Shown: positions 36,011-45,180, counted from the first letter of the stretch. The stretch is DNA of 50,375 bases from a virus (IMGVR_UViG_3300010376_000046:1-50375); one strand, 5' to 3'. Numbers and translations are program-made. Notes: generated from the letters alone by a model not told the origin.

Positions 36011-38119
36011 ATACAGCTGTGATCCGTTTCCATCAGGTTTTACTTCGATGCGTTTCAGCGAATCCCACTTCTCTAACACTCGGCCCAAACTGGCGACTTT
36101 GTTGTTATCTCGGGTGCCGGCAAAATACTCGGTTGCCCATTTTTCCAGCGCCCACATTGGTACCCATTCTCCATGTTGCGCCTTGAGTCCTTTCCACGCG
36201 TCAGCCAATTTCACTTCATTCTCACTCGTTCTAAACGCACGTTCTGACTTTGCGCCGTTCATGGGTGCGTCATCTTTGTGAGTGCGTGGGTTGCTTTTCT
36301 TCGTGCGACCGCGGCGTGGCGCTTCCTGTGAATGCTCCCAAGGTTTCGCATCTTCGGTTGCATCTACAGCTGATTCCAGCCCGCTCTCAAAAGCAACTGC
36401 CAATGAACTGATAGGCTCGTTGTACTCATCCATCCCCACAATGTGGGCATTCAGAGTGAATTGCCGCGACCACTTACTGACTCCATCCTTCACTTTCTCT
36501 GCAAACAGTTCACGCCCCATTTCATCGTCAGTTTCGCGTATTTCAATATCTGCGTCGAAATTAGCGTACAAACCTCCCCATCCACGCGGATATCCTGTGG
36601 TCTCGCCTGTCTTTGCATCGGGTTTTGTAGAATGGTGAACTACGATGACTGCTGAATTGGTTGCAATGCTTAGATATTTTGCAGCATCGGTAATTGGCTG
36701 CATGTCTTCAGACTTAGTTTCGCTGCGTCCACCCATTGCTTGTGCCAGCGTATCAATGATAATCACGCCGTTTAGGTCTTTTAGCGCGTCTGCGATCAAC
36801 TTCCAGTCTTTTACCAAGTCGACGCCTTGCTCTGAAATCTCCACTCGATTATCGCGCGGATATTGGCGCGCATTCTGGCGCTCCCATGCGAGCACACGCT
36901 GCTGCAAACCTTGTACGCCTTCCAGCGAAAAATACCGGACTGGCATAGGTGTAGTTCGCAGGTTCAACCATTTGCGTCCAGTAGCGATTGCCTCCATCAT
37001 GTCAAGCACAAGGAATGTCTTACCAACCCCGCTCCATCCGTACAGAATTGCTGTTTTGCCTTGTTGCAACATATCTTTGATAACCCATTTCACCGGCGGA
37101 CGCGATAACAACTCATCAATGCCGAAAAACGTGTTTACAAATGGGTTGAGTGCCGGTAGCTGTCTTGGGAATTGACGTTGGAACTGCTGCGGATATACCA
37201 CATTGCCATTCGAGTGCTGTACATTGTTGAATGTATTATTCAACATGGTTTGCAATGCCTCGGATGAAACCGCGCGTTCACCAATTTGCTTGTTAGCCAA
37301 TGCGCGTGCTTTTCTGCACGCGTTCGCCATAAAGTTTGCTGAGTTTGGGTGCCGCGGTTTGCCGTCCTTGAGTCTTTGTCCTAACGGCAGTTTACTGAAG
37401 ATGTTCCAGATTTGCTGATTTGATGTGGTAAACTCCGCTAGCATGCAAGCGAAAGCGAAATCGGCCACACTTGGGTCGTCACCCCACTCATAAACCCACT
37501 CAGAGCTAATGAGCTTCAAAAACTTGTCGTGATACTTGGAATTGCAAAGTTGTTCGTACAGCCACATATCGTCAACTGATGGGCCGTCGGGTTCGTCCGG
37601 TAGGTCGTGGTGCACTCCACCGCACCATTGCACCAAATACTGCAAGTTGTGATCGTCGTGTCCAATTGGCAACTTTTTTAGCGTATCGCCAGTCATCAGA
37701 ATGAATCTGTCCTGACTGTATACTTCAATATTTTCGTGTCTACAGCCACCACCAATATCGCCCAACAATACCACATGAATGCCTTGACCGCTCACGGATA
37801 CTTCGATGTATGTATCCATTTCCTGCGCGGCTTGTATGCGCTCAGCATGGAGCGGCAATCCCTGTTTGTTATCTACATCAATAATTGCATAGGGATCGCT
37901 ACTTGAAAGGCAAAAGCCCGGCCATACGCGACCTGGATACTGACTCGCGTAAAAATGGGCTTTGCCGAAGCTACTCCAGTTGTCAGGATTTGTGTGTCCA
38001 CCGGGGAGTGTCGTACCGTTTACGCTAAACGGTGCTTTGTCAACTCCACAAACCATCCAATGCGGTATGTTCTGTAATTCATTCGGTATCTCCATCCATT
38101 GCTCTGGATTCCAGTGCAT
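35999..38119 (-). CDS. primase-polymerase (NrS-1-like) fused to RecA-like AAA helicase
   Basis: IIDVD, EVSVSGQGIH, IEVYSQDRF; Walker A GWSGVGKT, IIIDTL, VHHSTK. Confidence 0.88.
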   Translation of the reverse strand: MHWNPEQWMEIPNELQNIPHWMVCGVDKAPFSVNGTTLPGGHTNPDNWSSFGKAHFYASQYPGRVWPGFCLSSSDPYAIIDVDNKQGLPLHAERIQAAQEMDTYIEVSVSGQGIHVVLLGDIGGGCRHENIEVYSQDRFILMTGDTLKKLPIGHDDHNLQYLVQWCGGVHHDLPDEPDGPSVDDMWLYEQLCNSKYHDKFLKLISSEWVYEWGDDPSVADFAFACMLAEFTTSNQQIWNIFSKLPLGQRLKDGKPRHPNSANFMANACRKARALANKQIGERAVSSEALQTMLNNTFNNVQHSNGNVVYPQQFQRQFPRQLPALNPFVNTFFGIDELLSRPPVKWVIKDMLQQGKTAILYGWSGVGKTFLVLDMMEAIATGRKWLNLRTTPMPVRYFSLEGVQGLQQRVLAWERQNARQYPRDNRVEISEQGVDLVKDWKLIADALKDLNGVIIIDTLAQAMGGRSETKSEDMQPITDAAKYLSIATNSAVIVVHHSTKPDAKTGETTGYPRGWGGLYANFDADIEIRETDDEMGRELFAEKVKDGVSKWSRQFTLNAHIVGMDEYNEPISSLAVAFESGLESAVDATEDAKPWEHSQEAPRRGRTKKSNPRTHKDDAPMNGAKSERAFRTSENEVKLADAWKGLKAQHGEWVPMWALEKWATEYFAGTRDNNKVASLGRVLEKWDSLKRIEVKPDGNGSQLYRLK

Positions 38120-38140
38120 TTTCGGTTGTCCAGGTTGAGG

Positions 38141-38353
38141 CTATACGTTCAGTTTGCTCCCCGAAAGACATTCGTACAGTCGCTCGATTTTGTCCACGGC
38201 CGGAAATTTTGTTCCATTGTGGCCGCCCTTCAGTGCCATCAACCACGGATAGCCAACATCGGCTTCTCTGCAAATCTGTGCAGCACCCTTATTGGTCTTA
38301 TAAAGCAGGTCCATGGTCTTATCCAGCAGTTTGCAACCGGTCATGTTGCCCAT
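38141..38353 (-). CDS. small HTH-like DNA-binding protein
   Basis: GAGGA RBS; QICREADVGYPWL...P.VDKIERLYECL. Confidence 0.6.
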   Translation of the reverse strand: MGNMTGCKLLDKTMDLLYKTNKGAAQICREADVGYPWLMALKGGHNGTKFPAVDKIERLYECLSGSKLNV

Positions 38354-38429
38354 ATCATTCCTCATTTCATGAAAATTTCATCTTAGCAAGTCTGCTTGAT
38401 GTTCGCTAGAAATATATCCCAGTATTTTG

Positions 38430-38600
38430 AACAGGCGTCCTAGCGCGCCTATCTCAGCTATATTATAATAGCATTCTCTCGCTTAATTCAAGAGTTAGAC
38501 TGCTCTACTGAACCAAAAGACTCATTGTTTATGGTGAGTTTCTAAATCGCTCCTATATAATTATATCTATGGCGCGGCATTGGCTAGCGCCCCAATCGCA
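38430..38600. promoter_or_regulatory. divergent early/replication promoters
   Basis: - strand TTGAAT...TATAAT with leader hairpin; + strand GTGAGT-16-TATAAT (38534-38561). Confidence 0.55.
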
Positions 38601-38620
38601 AGACTGAACAGGAGATAGCG

Positions 38621-39160
38621 ATGACTGATAAACTCAAACAATGGATCGAGACCAGCGATCATAGCTGGGCCGTTCGTATGCGCGATGTGCTTGCGCAATA
38701 TGGTTCGCTGACGCAAAAGCAACTCGATGTTTCTTTTCGTATCATGCACGAATTGCAACAGCCGAAGGCCGAAGCAAAAGAACTGAACATCGGCGCAATC
38801 GAAGAAGCATTCAAGCGCGCGAAACTGGTCGTGAAACGCCCCAAGATGACCTTGAAGCATTTCACCTTCAAATGCGCACCGGAACATGGCAAGAACCCGG
38901 GCGCTATCTACATCACTGACACTGATAATAACGACCAATATCTCGGCAAAGTGCTGAACGGCTTTCTGACGCAATCGCGCGACTGCACTGAGCAGCAATT
39001 GCACGAAATCCAACAAATCGCAGCAGACCCCAAGCAAGCCGCTATTGCTTATGGCAAGGAATGGGGAATTTGTTGCGTTTGCAACCGCACGCTGACTGAC
39101 CCGATTTCCGTACAAAACGGCATCGGCCCTATCTGCGCTGAACGCTTCGGCTGGAACTGA
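38621..39160 (+). CDS. DUF6011-like Zn-finger protein
   Basis: AGGAG RBS; CCVCNRTLTDPISVQNGIGPIC. Confidence 0.8.
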   Translation: MTDKLKQWIETSDHSWAVRMRDVLAQYGSLTQKQLDVSFRIMHELQQPKAEAKELNIGAIEEAFKRAKLVVKRPKMTLKHFTFKCAPEHGKNPGAIYITDTDNNDQYLGKVLNGFLTQSRDCTEQQLHEIQQIAADPKQAAIAYGKEWGICCVCNRTLTDPISVQNGIGPICAERFGWN

Positions 39161-39193
39161 AGCAAACTTAATCTGACTATTCAGGATAGAAAC

Positions 39194-39436
39194 ATGAAGA
39201 AAGTACTTATCATTGCGCTTCTCGCGCAACTGACTGGCTGCGCTGCATTCTGCAACAGCGAAGACCAAGGTTGCATCAACAAGATGAACGCCGTATCAGC
39301 GGGCATTGCCGCGGTAGGTGTCGCTACATTGGGTGCTGCCGCAGCATATGAAGCAAGCAAGCCGAGCGTGGTTTATGTGCGCCCTGCTCCCGTTTATGTT
39401 TGCAACGGATGGGGATACTGCCATTATGTCTACTAA
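39194..39436 (+). CDS. lipoprotein (superinfection-exclusion candidate)
   Basis: MKKVLIIALLAQ-LTGC lipobox; extra Cys pairs. Confidence 0.7.
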   Translation: MKKVLIIALLAQLTGCAAFCNSEDQGCINKMNAVSAGIAAVGVATLGAAAAYEASKPSVVYVRPAPVYVCNGWGYCHYVY

Positions 39437-39722
39437 ACCGGATTGGAGCGACCTGGAATCGCTACGCGCGCTGCGCCGCGATTGGATGACATACTCGCGC
39501 GATTTGCGGGAGTATGTGGACTGCAAGGTCGCACCGGAAGTCATCGTACATGATGATGGCACTATTCATATCTCTGGCGAGGATGGATTGTACTGGTGCG
39601 ACTACTATGGCGAATTGAACGGCGGATTGCCCTATATCGCACCGATTCTCGAACAATGGGCCGCTGAACGCGGTTTCTATTGGGAATGGGATCACCCTGG
39701 TTCTATTTGCTTGAGTTGGTGA
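39426..39722 (+). CDS. hypothetical protein
   Basis: Start trimmed to MSTKPDW; DYYGE..GG.P.I...LE.WA...G.YWEW..PG. Confidence 0.65.
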   Translation: MSTKPDWSDLESLRALRRDWMTYSRDLREYVDCKVAPEVIVHDDGTIHISGEDGLYWCDYYGELNGGLPYIAPILEQWAAERGFYWEWDHPGSICLSW

Positions 39723-39725
39723 ACC

Positions 39726-39848
39726 ATGCGTTTCCTAATCAAAACGATACTCACATTGTGGGCAATCATCCTGCTAATCAGGATTTGTTTAGCGCTCACA
39801 CCTATCGCATACTTGATCCTTTCTCACTTCGGTATCGTACCCAAATGA
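39726..39848 (+). CDS. 40-aa membrane peptide, not in ORF track
   Basis: MRFLIKTILTLWAIILLIRICLALTPIAYLILSHFGIVPK; ATGA overlap with the next gene. Confidence 0.45.
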   Translation: MRFLIKTILTLWAIILLIRICLALTPIAYLILSHFGIVPK

Positions 39849-40096
39849 AACTGATCCTCGCACTCGCGCTCTGCGCATCTATATCCGCGCAAGCCGAAGA
39901 CATTAATGTCTATATCAACCCGCAGAATTATACCGCTCAGCAACTGCAACGGCATGCTGATGACATGAATCGGCGAATCGAAGATGGACGCAGAAATGTG
40001 GACGCACTGGACGACCACATTTTTCAGCGCTCGCAAGCTCAATACAATCAAATGCAACAGAATGCATGGAATTGGGCGCGCGGCCAACGCGACTAG
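39845..40096 (+). CDS. small secreted protein
   Basis: Signal MKLILALALCASISAQA. Confidence 0.6.
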   Translation: MKLILALALCASISAQAEDINVYINPQNYTAQQLQRHADDMNRRIEDGRRNVDALDDHIFQRSQAQYNQMQQNAWNWARGQRD

Positions 40097-40103
40097 AAAA
40101 CGC

Positions 40104-40132
40104 TTGCAATACCGATCCGCTGGCTTTATAAT
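40104..40132 (+). promoter_or_regulatory. sigma70-like early promoter
   Basis: TTGCAA-17-TATAAT. Confidence 0.75.
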
Positions 40133-40161
40133 ATCCTATAAATTGATTTTTAGGAGGCAAT

Positions 40162-40461
40162 ATGAGCAAGCATTATACAGAGGATGTACGGGCAGGCGGA
40201 CCGACCCAGATTCATCCGAACAATGACACTGGCGGCATTCTGTGGTTCGACTGCAATGAAGTGATTGCAGAATGCGGACCGGAAGAATCGCACCAATTGC
40301 ATCTGACTCGCCCGCTCACTGACGATGAACACGATCAGTTCGACAATCTGCTCGGCGGGCATGGACCCTGTATGTACAACGACGATGGCGACCGCTGGTG
40401 GATCGACTGTGGCGTTTGCACTTGCTCTGCTGCTGCTTATCTGCTTTCTCTGCGAGGCTAA
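40162..40461 (+). CDS. hypothetical protein (Cys/Asp-rich)
   Basis: AGGAGG RBS behind the promoter. Confidence 0.7.
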   Translation: MSKHYTEDVRAGGPTQIHPNNDTGGILWFDCNEVIAECGPEESHQLHLTRPLTDDEHDQFDNLLGGHGPCMYNDDGDRWWIDCGVCTCSAAAYLLSLRG

Positions 40462-40558
40462 ACATGTTACACGCAATCGGACTTTTCATCGTACTTTGCA
40501 TGGGCGCTTCCATGCTGGAAGACCATATTAAAGACATCGTTCGCAAGGAACAGAAGAA

Positions 40559-40765
40559 ATGAACTTCGATAAAGCAACTCTCGAAGCGAAAATGCTTGCA
40601 AACGGGCATTTTACCGAGGAAGAATTTGCATACCAGGTGGGTGAACTGGCGCGCGATTTCTTCAAGAACCAAGGCTATGGCTATGTGGGCGAAACTCCCG
40701 GCCCGCTGACTTACACTGATCTAATGAACGGATTGGCTACTTATATCAAGGAGAATTGCCTGTGA
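40559..40765 (+). CDS. hypothetical protein
   Basis: AAGGA RBS; coupled ORF. Confidence 0.6.
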   Translation: MNFDKATLEAKMLANGHFTEEEFAYQVGELARDFFKNQGYGYVGETPGPLTYTDLMNGLATYIKENCL

Positions 40766-41241
40766 TACTCGAACTCTCAAACGAACAAGCTATCGCTCTG
40801 CAACTCTTCATTGAGCGCTACAATCGCGGCCATTCGGTTCTTCTGAAACAAGTGCAAGACCGAATCGAGCACGAAGACAAGCAAGAACAGAAATTCGACC
40901 AGATGCACGACCTGGCCGAGCACTTCGCCGCTGACAACAGCTATTCCGACTTTGAGGGAATGGCCGATCCCGCAGAAGTACTGAAAGTTTGCCGCGATCC
41001 CGAATCGGGCAAATACGTGTGGGACGACATTAAGCTCGACCGACCCGAGCAAAGCGACATTAACCGTTCGCTGCTGCTCCATTATCTCTACACGCGCGCA
41101 GACACTTATCAGGTATCTGATCTGAGCTACAAGGATGCCTGCAACTTTTGGGAATTACTCATGATTGCGACGCAATCGCGCCGATTCTCGAAAGTGACTG
41201 ACGATCAAATCAAACTGCTTGAACAAGGAACTGAAGAATGA
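40762..41241 (+). CDS. hypothetical protein
   Basis: AAGGAG RBS; GTGA overlap with the upstream stop. Confidence 0.65.
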   Translation: MILELSNEQAIALQLFIERYNRGHSVLLKQVQDRIEHEDKQEQKFDQMHDLAEHFAADNSYSDFEGMADPAEVLKVCRDPESGKYVWDDIKLDRPEQSDINRSLLLHYLYTRADTYQVSDLSYKDACNFWELLMIATQSRRFSKVTDDQIKLLEQGTEE

Positions 41242-41450
41242 AAAATGTTGAATGGACTCATCTGACACCGGCTACGGCCAAATTCTCGACTGAAGCCAGC
41301 ACCATTGGCTTGCGACCGGGCGAATGGCCACATCATCTGGACACTGCTCTCGGCAATGGCCAGCCGCTTATCCGCCAATATCGGGAAGGCGACGGCTATC
41401 TGTACCGACAGCGCGGAAGCGACTTTCAAGTGTACGTTATCAACGACTGA
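41238..41450 (+). CDS. hypothetical protein
   Basis: EAS.IGL.PG.WP...T.LGNGQP...V.ND; coupled ORF. Confidence 0.65.
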   Translation: MKNVEWTHLTPATAKFSTEASTIGLRPGEWPHHLDTALGNGQPLIRQYREGDGYLYRQRGSDFQVYVIND

Positions 41451-41451
41451 C

Positions 41452-41823
41452 ATGGAGCGAAAGATGATACAAGACTTGCTGGAGCTACAAGAGCAACAGG
41501 CATTGCGGGAGCTACTGACACTCCAAGAAATACGGGAGCGCAAAGACCGCTTGGCGCGACGAGAGCAATTGGACAAACGATTGCTACAGGTACTCAAGGA
41601 CCGGCGAGAGTTTCTGGGCCTATGGGTGCAACTGGTACTTAAGGAGAATAAAGACGTACAGGTGCCATTGGCGCAACTGGGGAGGCGGGACCGGCGAGCG
41701 TATAGAGTAACTAGAGACTGTTGGGCGATACAAGTCCAACTGGGAGAACTGGTGCAATTGGAGCAACAAGTGCTACATGGGCTACTAGTGCGACGAGAGC
41801 TACAAGTCTTACCGGTACATTGA
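41452..41823 (+). CDS. Leu/Gln/Arg/Glu-rich protein read from the alternative frame of a decayed collagen-like repeat
   Basis: Open 123-aa frame fitting exactly between neighbours; the shifted frame is a G-X-Y pattern with stops. Confidence 0.55.
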   Translation: MERKMIQDLLELQEQQALRELLTLQEIRERKDRLARREQLDKRLLQVLKDRREFLGLWVQLVLKENKDVQVPLAQLGRRDRRAYRVTRDCWAIQVQLGELVQLEQQVLHGLLVRRELQVLPVH

Positions 41824-41824
41824 C

Positions 41825-42085
41825 ATGAATACAACTGAGCGTATTGGGTGGGATAACTCCTGTAATAAGGGAATTAAGTTTACCGTTGAGTCTAGTTATA
41901 ACGGCCAATGGCACAGATTGTTCATAGCCGAAGTCTTTATCGGATATGTGGAAAAGTATGATCGCAGCTATTGGAGATTTGCGCCAGTTATCGGCGGCCC
42001 AACTGGCCGGTTCAATCATGGGCAAGAATGCCTAGATTGGGTTATCAACCAAATCACGATTAACAACCGACTAGGAGACCGCTGA
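41825..42085 (+). CDS. hypothetical protein
   Basis: Coupled ORF, 86 aa. Confidence 0.5.
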   Translation: MNTTERIGWDNSCNKGIKFTVESSYNGQWHRLFIAEVFIGYVEKYDRSYWRFAPVIGGPTGRFNHGQECLDWVINQITINNRLGDR

Positions 42086-42091
42086 AAACAG

Positions 42092-42120
42092 GTGAGATGA
42101 CTAGAAAAATCGGCTAGAAT
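42092..42120 (+). promoter_or_regulatory. sigma70-like early promoter
   Basis: GTGAGA-17-TAGAAT. Confidence 0.45.
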
Positions 42121-42151
42121 TATCTATATTCAATCAATGGAGGGTAAGACA

Positions 42152-42343
42152 ATGGAACGGGGCACATTCGTAAAAGTACTGGAATTGCCGAAGTGCGACA
42201 TTTGCGGCGAAACTGCAAAATATGACGCCGCTTCGTTGGACGGCCGTTGGGGTTACTTCTGTAAAGAGCACTTCGATAGCCATACGCGCGGCATGCTTGG
42301 CACCGGCTATGGACAAGAACTCATTCTGGAGACCAAGGAATGA
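42152..42343 (+). CDS. small Zn-finger protein
   Basis: GGAGG RBS; CDIC...YDA....G.W...C..H......LG.G.GQ. Confidence 0.7.
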   Translation: MERGTFVKVLELPKCDICGETAKYDAASLDGRWGYFCKEHFDSHTRGMLGTGYGQELILETKE

Positions 42344-42612
42344 CTATCATCAAGCACTCCGAGGCATCCGAGAATTCGCCGGACTGGCAAGAAGTACTTG
42401 ACGATGCGCACCCGGGCGATATTACCCCCGGCGATGGACGCATTTTCGTTCTCACGCGCGCTCTCGAACCGCGCGAAGCACTGCCGATTTCCGATCTGGA
42501 ATTGGCAGTTACCTGTGATATCGACTTCGGTTGGCTCAATGGAGAGCCATCTGTTCGTGTCGACCAACCGCTTGTGCTAATCGTGCAAGCCTACTTGCAT
42601 TCATTGAACTAA
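42340..42612 (+). CDS. acidic hypothetical protein
   Basis: ATGA overlap with the upstream gene. Confidence 0.55.
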   Translation: MTIIKHSEASENSPDWQEVLDDAHPGDITPGDGRIFVLTRALEPREALPISDLELAVTCDIDFGWLNGEPSVRVDQPLVLIVQAYLHSLN

Positions 42613-42627
42613 CAGGAGAGCATCAAC

Positions 42628-42921
42628 ATGGCATTCGCTACCAACGCTCAAGGCACGCCAATTCGCCACATTTCCGGCGGGCGAGAATTGCGCCAATATC
42701 AGGGATACTGGTATGTGCGCCTGACGGCGAAGGAACTGGACGAATACCCGGGTGTGAACTGGAGCGGCTACGTTCTAGTCCACAAATGGAAATGGTGGTT
42801 GAAATACGGCGAGTGGTTCGGCCAGCACGAAGCGCGCTATCGCTACCTCGACGGCGATACCAACAATATCCGAATCACCAATATCTGCGTTCTGGAAGTC
42901 GGCACTGGAACATGGCTGTAA
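42628..42921 (+). CDS. HNH-like domain protein (degenerate)
   Basis: AGGAG RBS; LVHKW.W...YG......YLDGDTNNIRITNI. Confidence 0.6.
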   Translation: MAFATNAQGTPIRHISGGRELRQYQGYWYVRLTAKELDEYPGVNWSGYVLVHKWKWWLKYGEWFGQHEARYRYLDGDTNNIRITNICVLEVGTGTWL

Positions 42922-43145
42922 TCGTCAAATTTGGACATATCGGCGGGGTCCACTCAGACCCCATCGTATGCAAGAGCCGCACTGATGCCGCCACATTGGC
43001 GGCTAACCTCGCTTTCGTACACGGAGGATATTCCTCAGACGCGCATAACGAACGCTTCTGGACGCTGGACAATACCACGAAACGGATTAATTGGGAAACC
43101 CGAGATAAATCCTACTTCATCGAAGTCTATAGACAAGATAAATGA
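42912..43145 (+). CDS. hypothetical protein
   Basis: Start trimmed to MAVIVKF; overlaps the upstream stop. Confidence 0.5.
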   Translation: MAVIVKFGHIGGVHSDPIVCKSRTDAATLAANLAFVHGGYSSDAHNERFWTLDNTTKRINWETRDKSYFIEVYRQDK

Positions 43146-43369
43146 AACCGCTTTCAACTTCCGCCATTCGCATATTCGCCCTTATCAGCGCAAATGTAGG
43201 CAATTTAGGCCATATCCACATACGCGTTTTGATGCACATTTTAAAGGCGCCGAAATCGGAAGTTGAGTGCGCGATCATTGAGTTGTTGTCGCACGAATAC
43301 ATTCATTACAACATTGATACACAGTATATTCACCTGGTAAAGACCAAAACAAGGAGCAAAACATCATGA
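43142..43369 (+). CDS. hypothetical protein
   Basis: ATGA overlaps at both ends. Confidence 0.45.
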   Translation: MKPLSTSAIRIFALISANVGNLGHIHIRVLMHILKAPKSEVECAIIELLSHEYIHYNIDTQYIHLVKTKTRSKTS

Positions 43370-43677
43370 CAATGGTATGGGAATTTTTGGACCCGCGCAT
43401 GACTGAAGACGCACTCGGATTCATCCCTGAATTTTTCAACGATGAAGACCCGCGTTGTGCACGCGATCAAATTGACAGCGCGTATGTGAGCGGCTGGCAT
43501 TCGTTCAAAGGGTTTGAAATGGACTCGAAAACGCGCGCGCTGAAATATCCCGAAGACCCGGCATTGCCACCGCTGGCGCGCTCTATGATGCGCGATGAAC
43601 TGATCCTGTTCTACGATTGCGCATGGGTGGCTATCGTACAGAAGGATGGCACTTTTGATGTAGCACGCATCGACTAA
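43366..43677 (+). CDS. conserved phage hypothetical protein
   Basis: AAGGAG RBS; LGFIP.F...DPR.A..Q...YP.DP...WVAIVQ.DG.F.VARID. Confidence 0.7.
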   Translation: MTMVWEFLDPRMTEDALGFIPEFFNDEDPRCARDQIDSAYVSGWHSFKGFEMDSKTRALKYPEDPALPPLARSMMRDELILFYDCAWVAIVQKDGTFDVARID

Positions 43678-43693
43678 CAACAAGGAGCAGAAC

Positions 43694-44017
43694 ATGTCCC
43701 TCAAAATGGTTCACTTGCACTCAATCCGCTGGCCCGATGGTATCGAAATCGGAGTCTTCGAGAACCATACGGATCGAGACGACGTGATCGAGAAATTCAC
43801 TGGTATGTGGAACTCCGATCCTGAAATGTTGGAACTCGGCAAGCCGCCGATCAGCAAACTGGACATTCTGGTAAACGCGGACCAGACGTTTGAACAGACT
43901 CGCGAGTATGTCCATAAAGCGGTGCGGAACTTGTTGATTCGCACAGCAGTTGAAGGATTCCTGCACGATATGTTCTGCCCCTGTATGGACCACGAACAAG
44001 AAGAAGAACGCGACTAG
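43694..44017 (+). CDS. hypothetical protein
   Basis: AAGGAG RBS. Confidence 0.65.
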   Translation: MSLKMVHLHSIRWPDGIEIGVFENHTDRDDVIEKFTGMWNSDPEMLELGKPPISKLDILVNADQTFEQTREYVHKAVRNLLIRTAVEGFLHDMFCPCMDHEQEEERD

Positions 44018-44024
44018 AGAACTC

Positions 44025-44079
44025 TTGAGTAAAATCGTGGTCTAGGATAATATAAGCGCTAGGGCAATTTTGCCCTAGC
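44025..44079 (+). promoter_or_regulatory. early promoter with leader hairpin
   Basis: TTGAGT-17-TAATAT, then GCTAGGGCAA-TT-TTGCCCTAGC. Confidence 0.6.
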
Positions 44080-44094
44080 CTATAGGAGATAAAC

Positions 44095-44400
44095 ATGCGT
44101 GTGATCGTTTTTGCTGAGAACTTCGAGTGCAGCCATTCCGAGATTCAACAAATGATTGACGACCGGGTTTCGCCAGCCCCCGCAATCGTCGGTATTCAGG
44201 AAATCTGGTGGGATGGTCAAGATTCGCCGTCTGTCAATCAGGAAAACGAGTCGTGGCTCAGTATGGGTCTGACGATCAAGGGGCTGGAAGAGTTCACGCA
44301 AGCCGAGTTGAATGTTTTCACGACGTATCTGTTCTGCGAAGGCCAGTATTTGACCCGCGAGCAGCTACACGAGAAAGAACCGCAAGCAAGCACGCATTAA
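44095..44400 (+). CDS. acidic hypothetical protein
   Basis: AGGAG RBS. Confidence 0.65.
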   Translation: MRVIVFAENFECSHSEIQQMIDDRVSPAPAIVGIQEIWWDGQDSPSVNQENESWLSMGLTIKGLEEFTQAELNVFTTYLFCEGQYLTREQLHEKEPQASTH

Positions 44401-44403
44401 TGC

Positions 44404-44464
44404 TTGCATAGGATTCTGTTTTAGGATATTATATAGCCATGCGCTAGGGAATTCCCCCTAGCGC
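44404..44464 (+). promoter_or_regulatory. early promoter with leader hairpin
   Basis: TTGCAT-17-TATTAT, then GCGCTAGGG-AATTCC-CCCTAGCGC. Confidence 0.65.
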
Positions 44465-44484
44465 GATTTTTCAGGATACAGACC

Positions 44485-45180
44485 ATGAACGAAGAACGCG
44501 TACTGAACAAGATTCAAAAGCTGCTGGCACTGGCTAACGACCTGCGCGGCAATGAAACCGAGCGCGACACCGCGCTGCGCCAAGCCTACGCACTCATGGC
44601 GAAGCACAACATCGAACTGGCCGACATGGAAGCGCACGGCCGCAAGATCGAAGAAGAACGTATCAACTTCACCAACGACAGCTGGAGTTGGACCTGGGCG
44701 CGACAAACGAGCATGATTGTTGCAGAACTCTTTTTCTGCAAATATTATACTTCGTACAAAATCAACGGCACGCAATGCCGTCACCATTTCGTCGGACGCG
44801 AATCGAACGCGATGACGGCCGCTGCGATGGCAAACTGGATCGTGAACGCGATTCTCAAGGAAGGACGCAAAATCTACAAGCAGAATACTGCTCCGGGTAC
44901 GCGCGCCTTCGCAATCGGCGCGATGCAGAAACTCAACGAACGCGTCAAACAGATCATTGCACAGACGCAGCACGAAGCCACTCCCGGCAATGCACTCGTT
45001 CTGGCGAACCTCTATATCACCGAGGCAGACGCCAATGAAGAACTCATGCCGGAAAATCTCCGCACACGCAAAGCACGACGCACGAGCGTAGACATGAATG
45101 CCTACGCGCGCGGGCAAGCCTTCGGCGCTGGAATCAATTTGAACCGCCAAGTTGGCGAAGAAGCCCGCAAACTGAAGTAA
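44485..45180 (+). CDS. DUF2786-domain protein
   Basis: RVLNKIQKLLALA...NETE...AL..A..LMAKHNI; C-terminal AY..G...G..INL.RQV. Confidence 0.8.
   Translation: MNEERVLNKIQKLLALANDLRGNETERDTALRQAYALMAKHNIELADMEAHGRKIEEERINFTNDSWSWTWARQTSMIVAELFFCKYYTSYKINGTQCRHHFVGRESNAMTAAAMANWIVNAILKEGRKIYKQNTAPGTRAFAIGAMQKLNERVKQIIAQTQHEATPGNALVLANLYITEADANEELMPENLRTRKARRTSVDMNAYARGQAFGAGINLNRQVGEEARKLK

Noticed and set aside
38141-38600. Lysogeny switch (cI/cro)
   Set aside because: Only one small HTH-like gene; no CI-like repressor with peptidase domain and no integrase in the window
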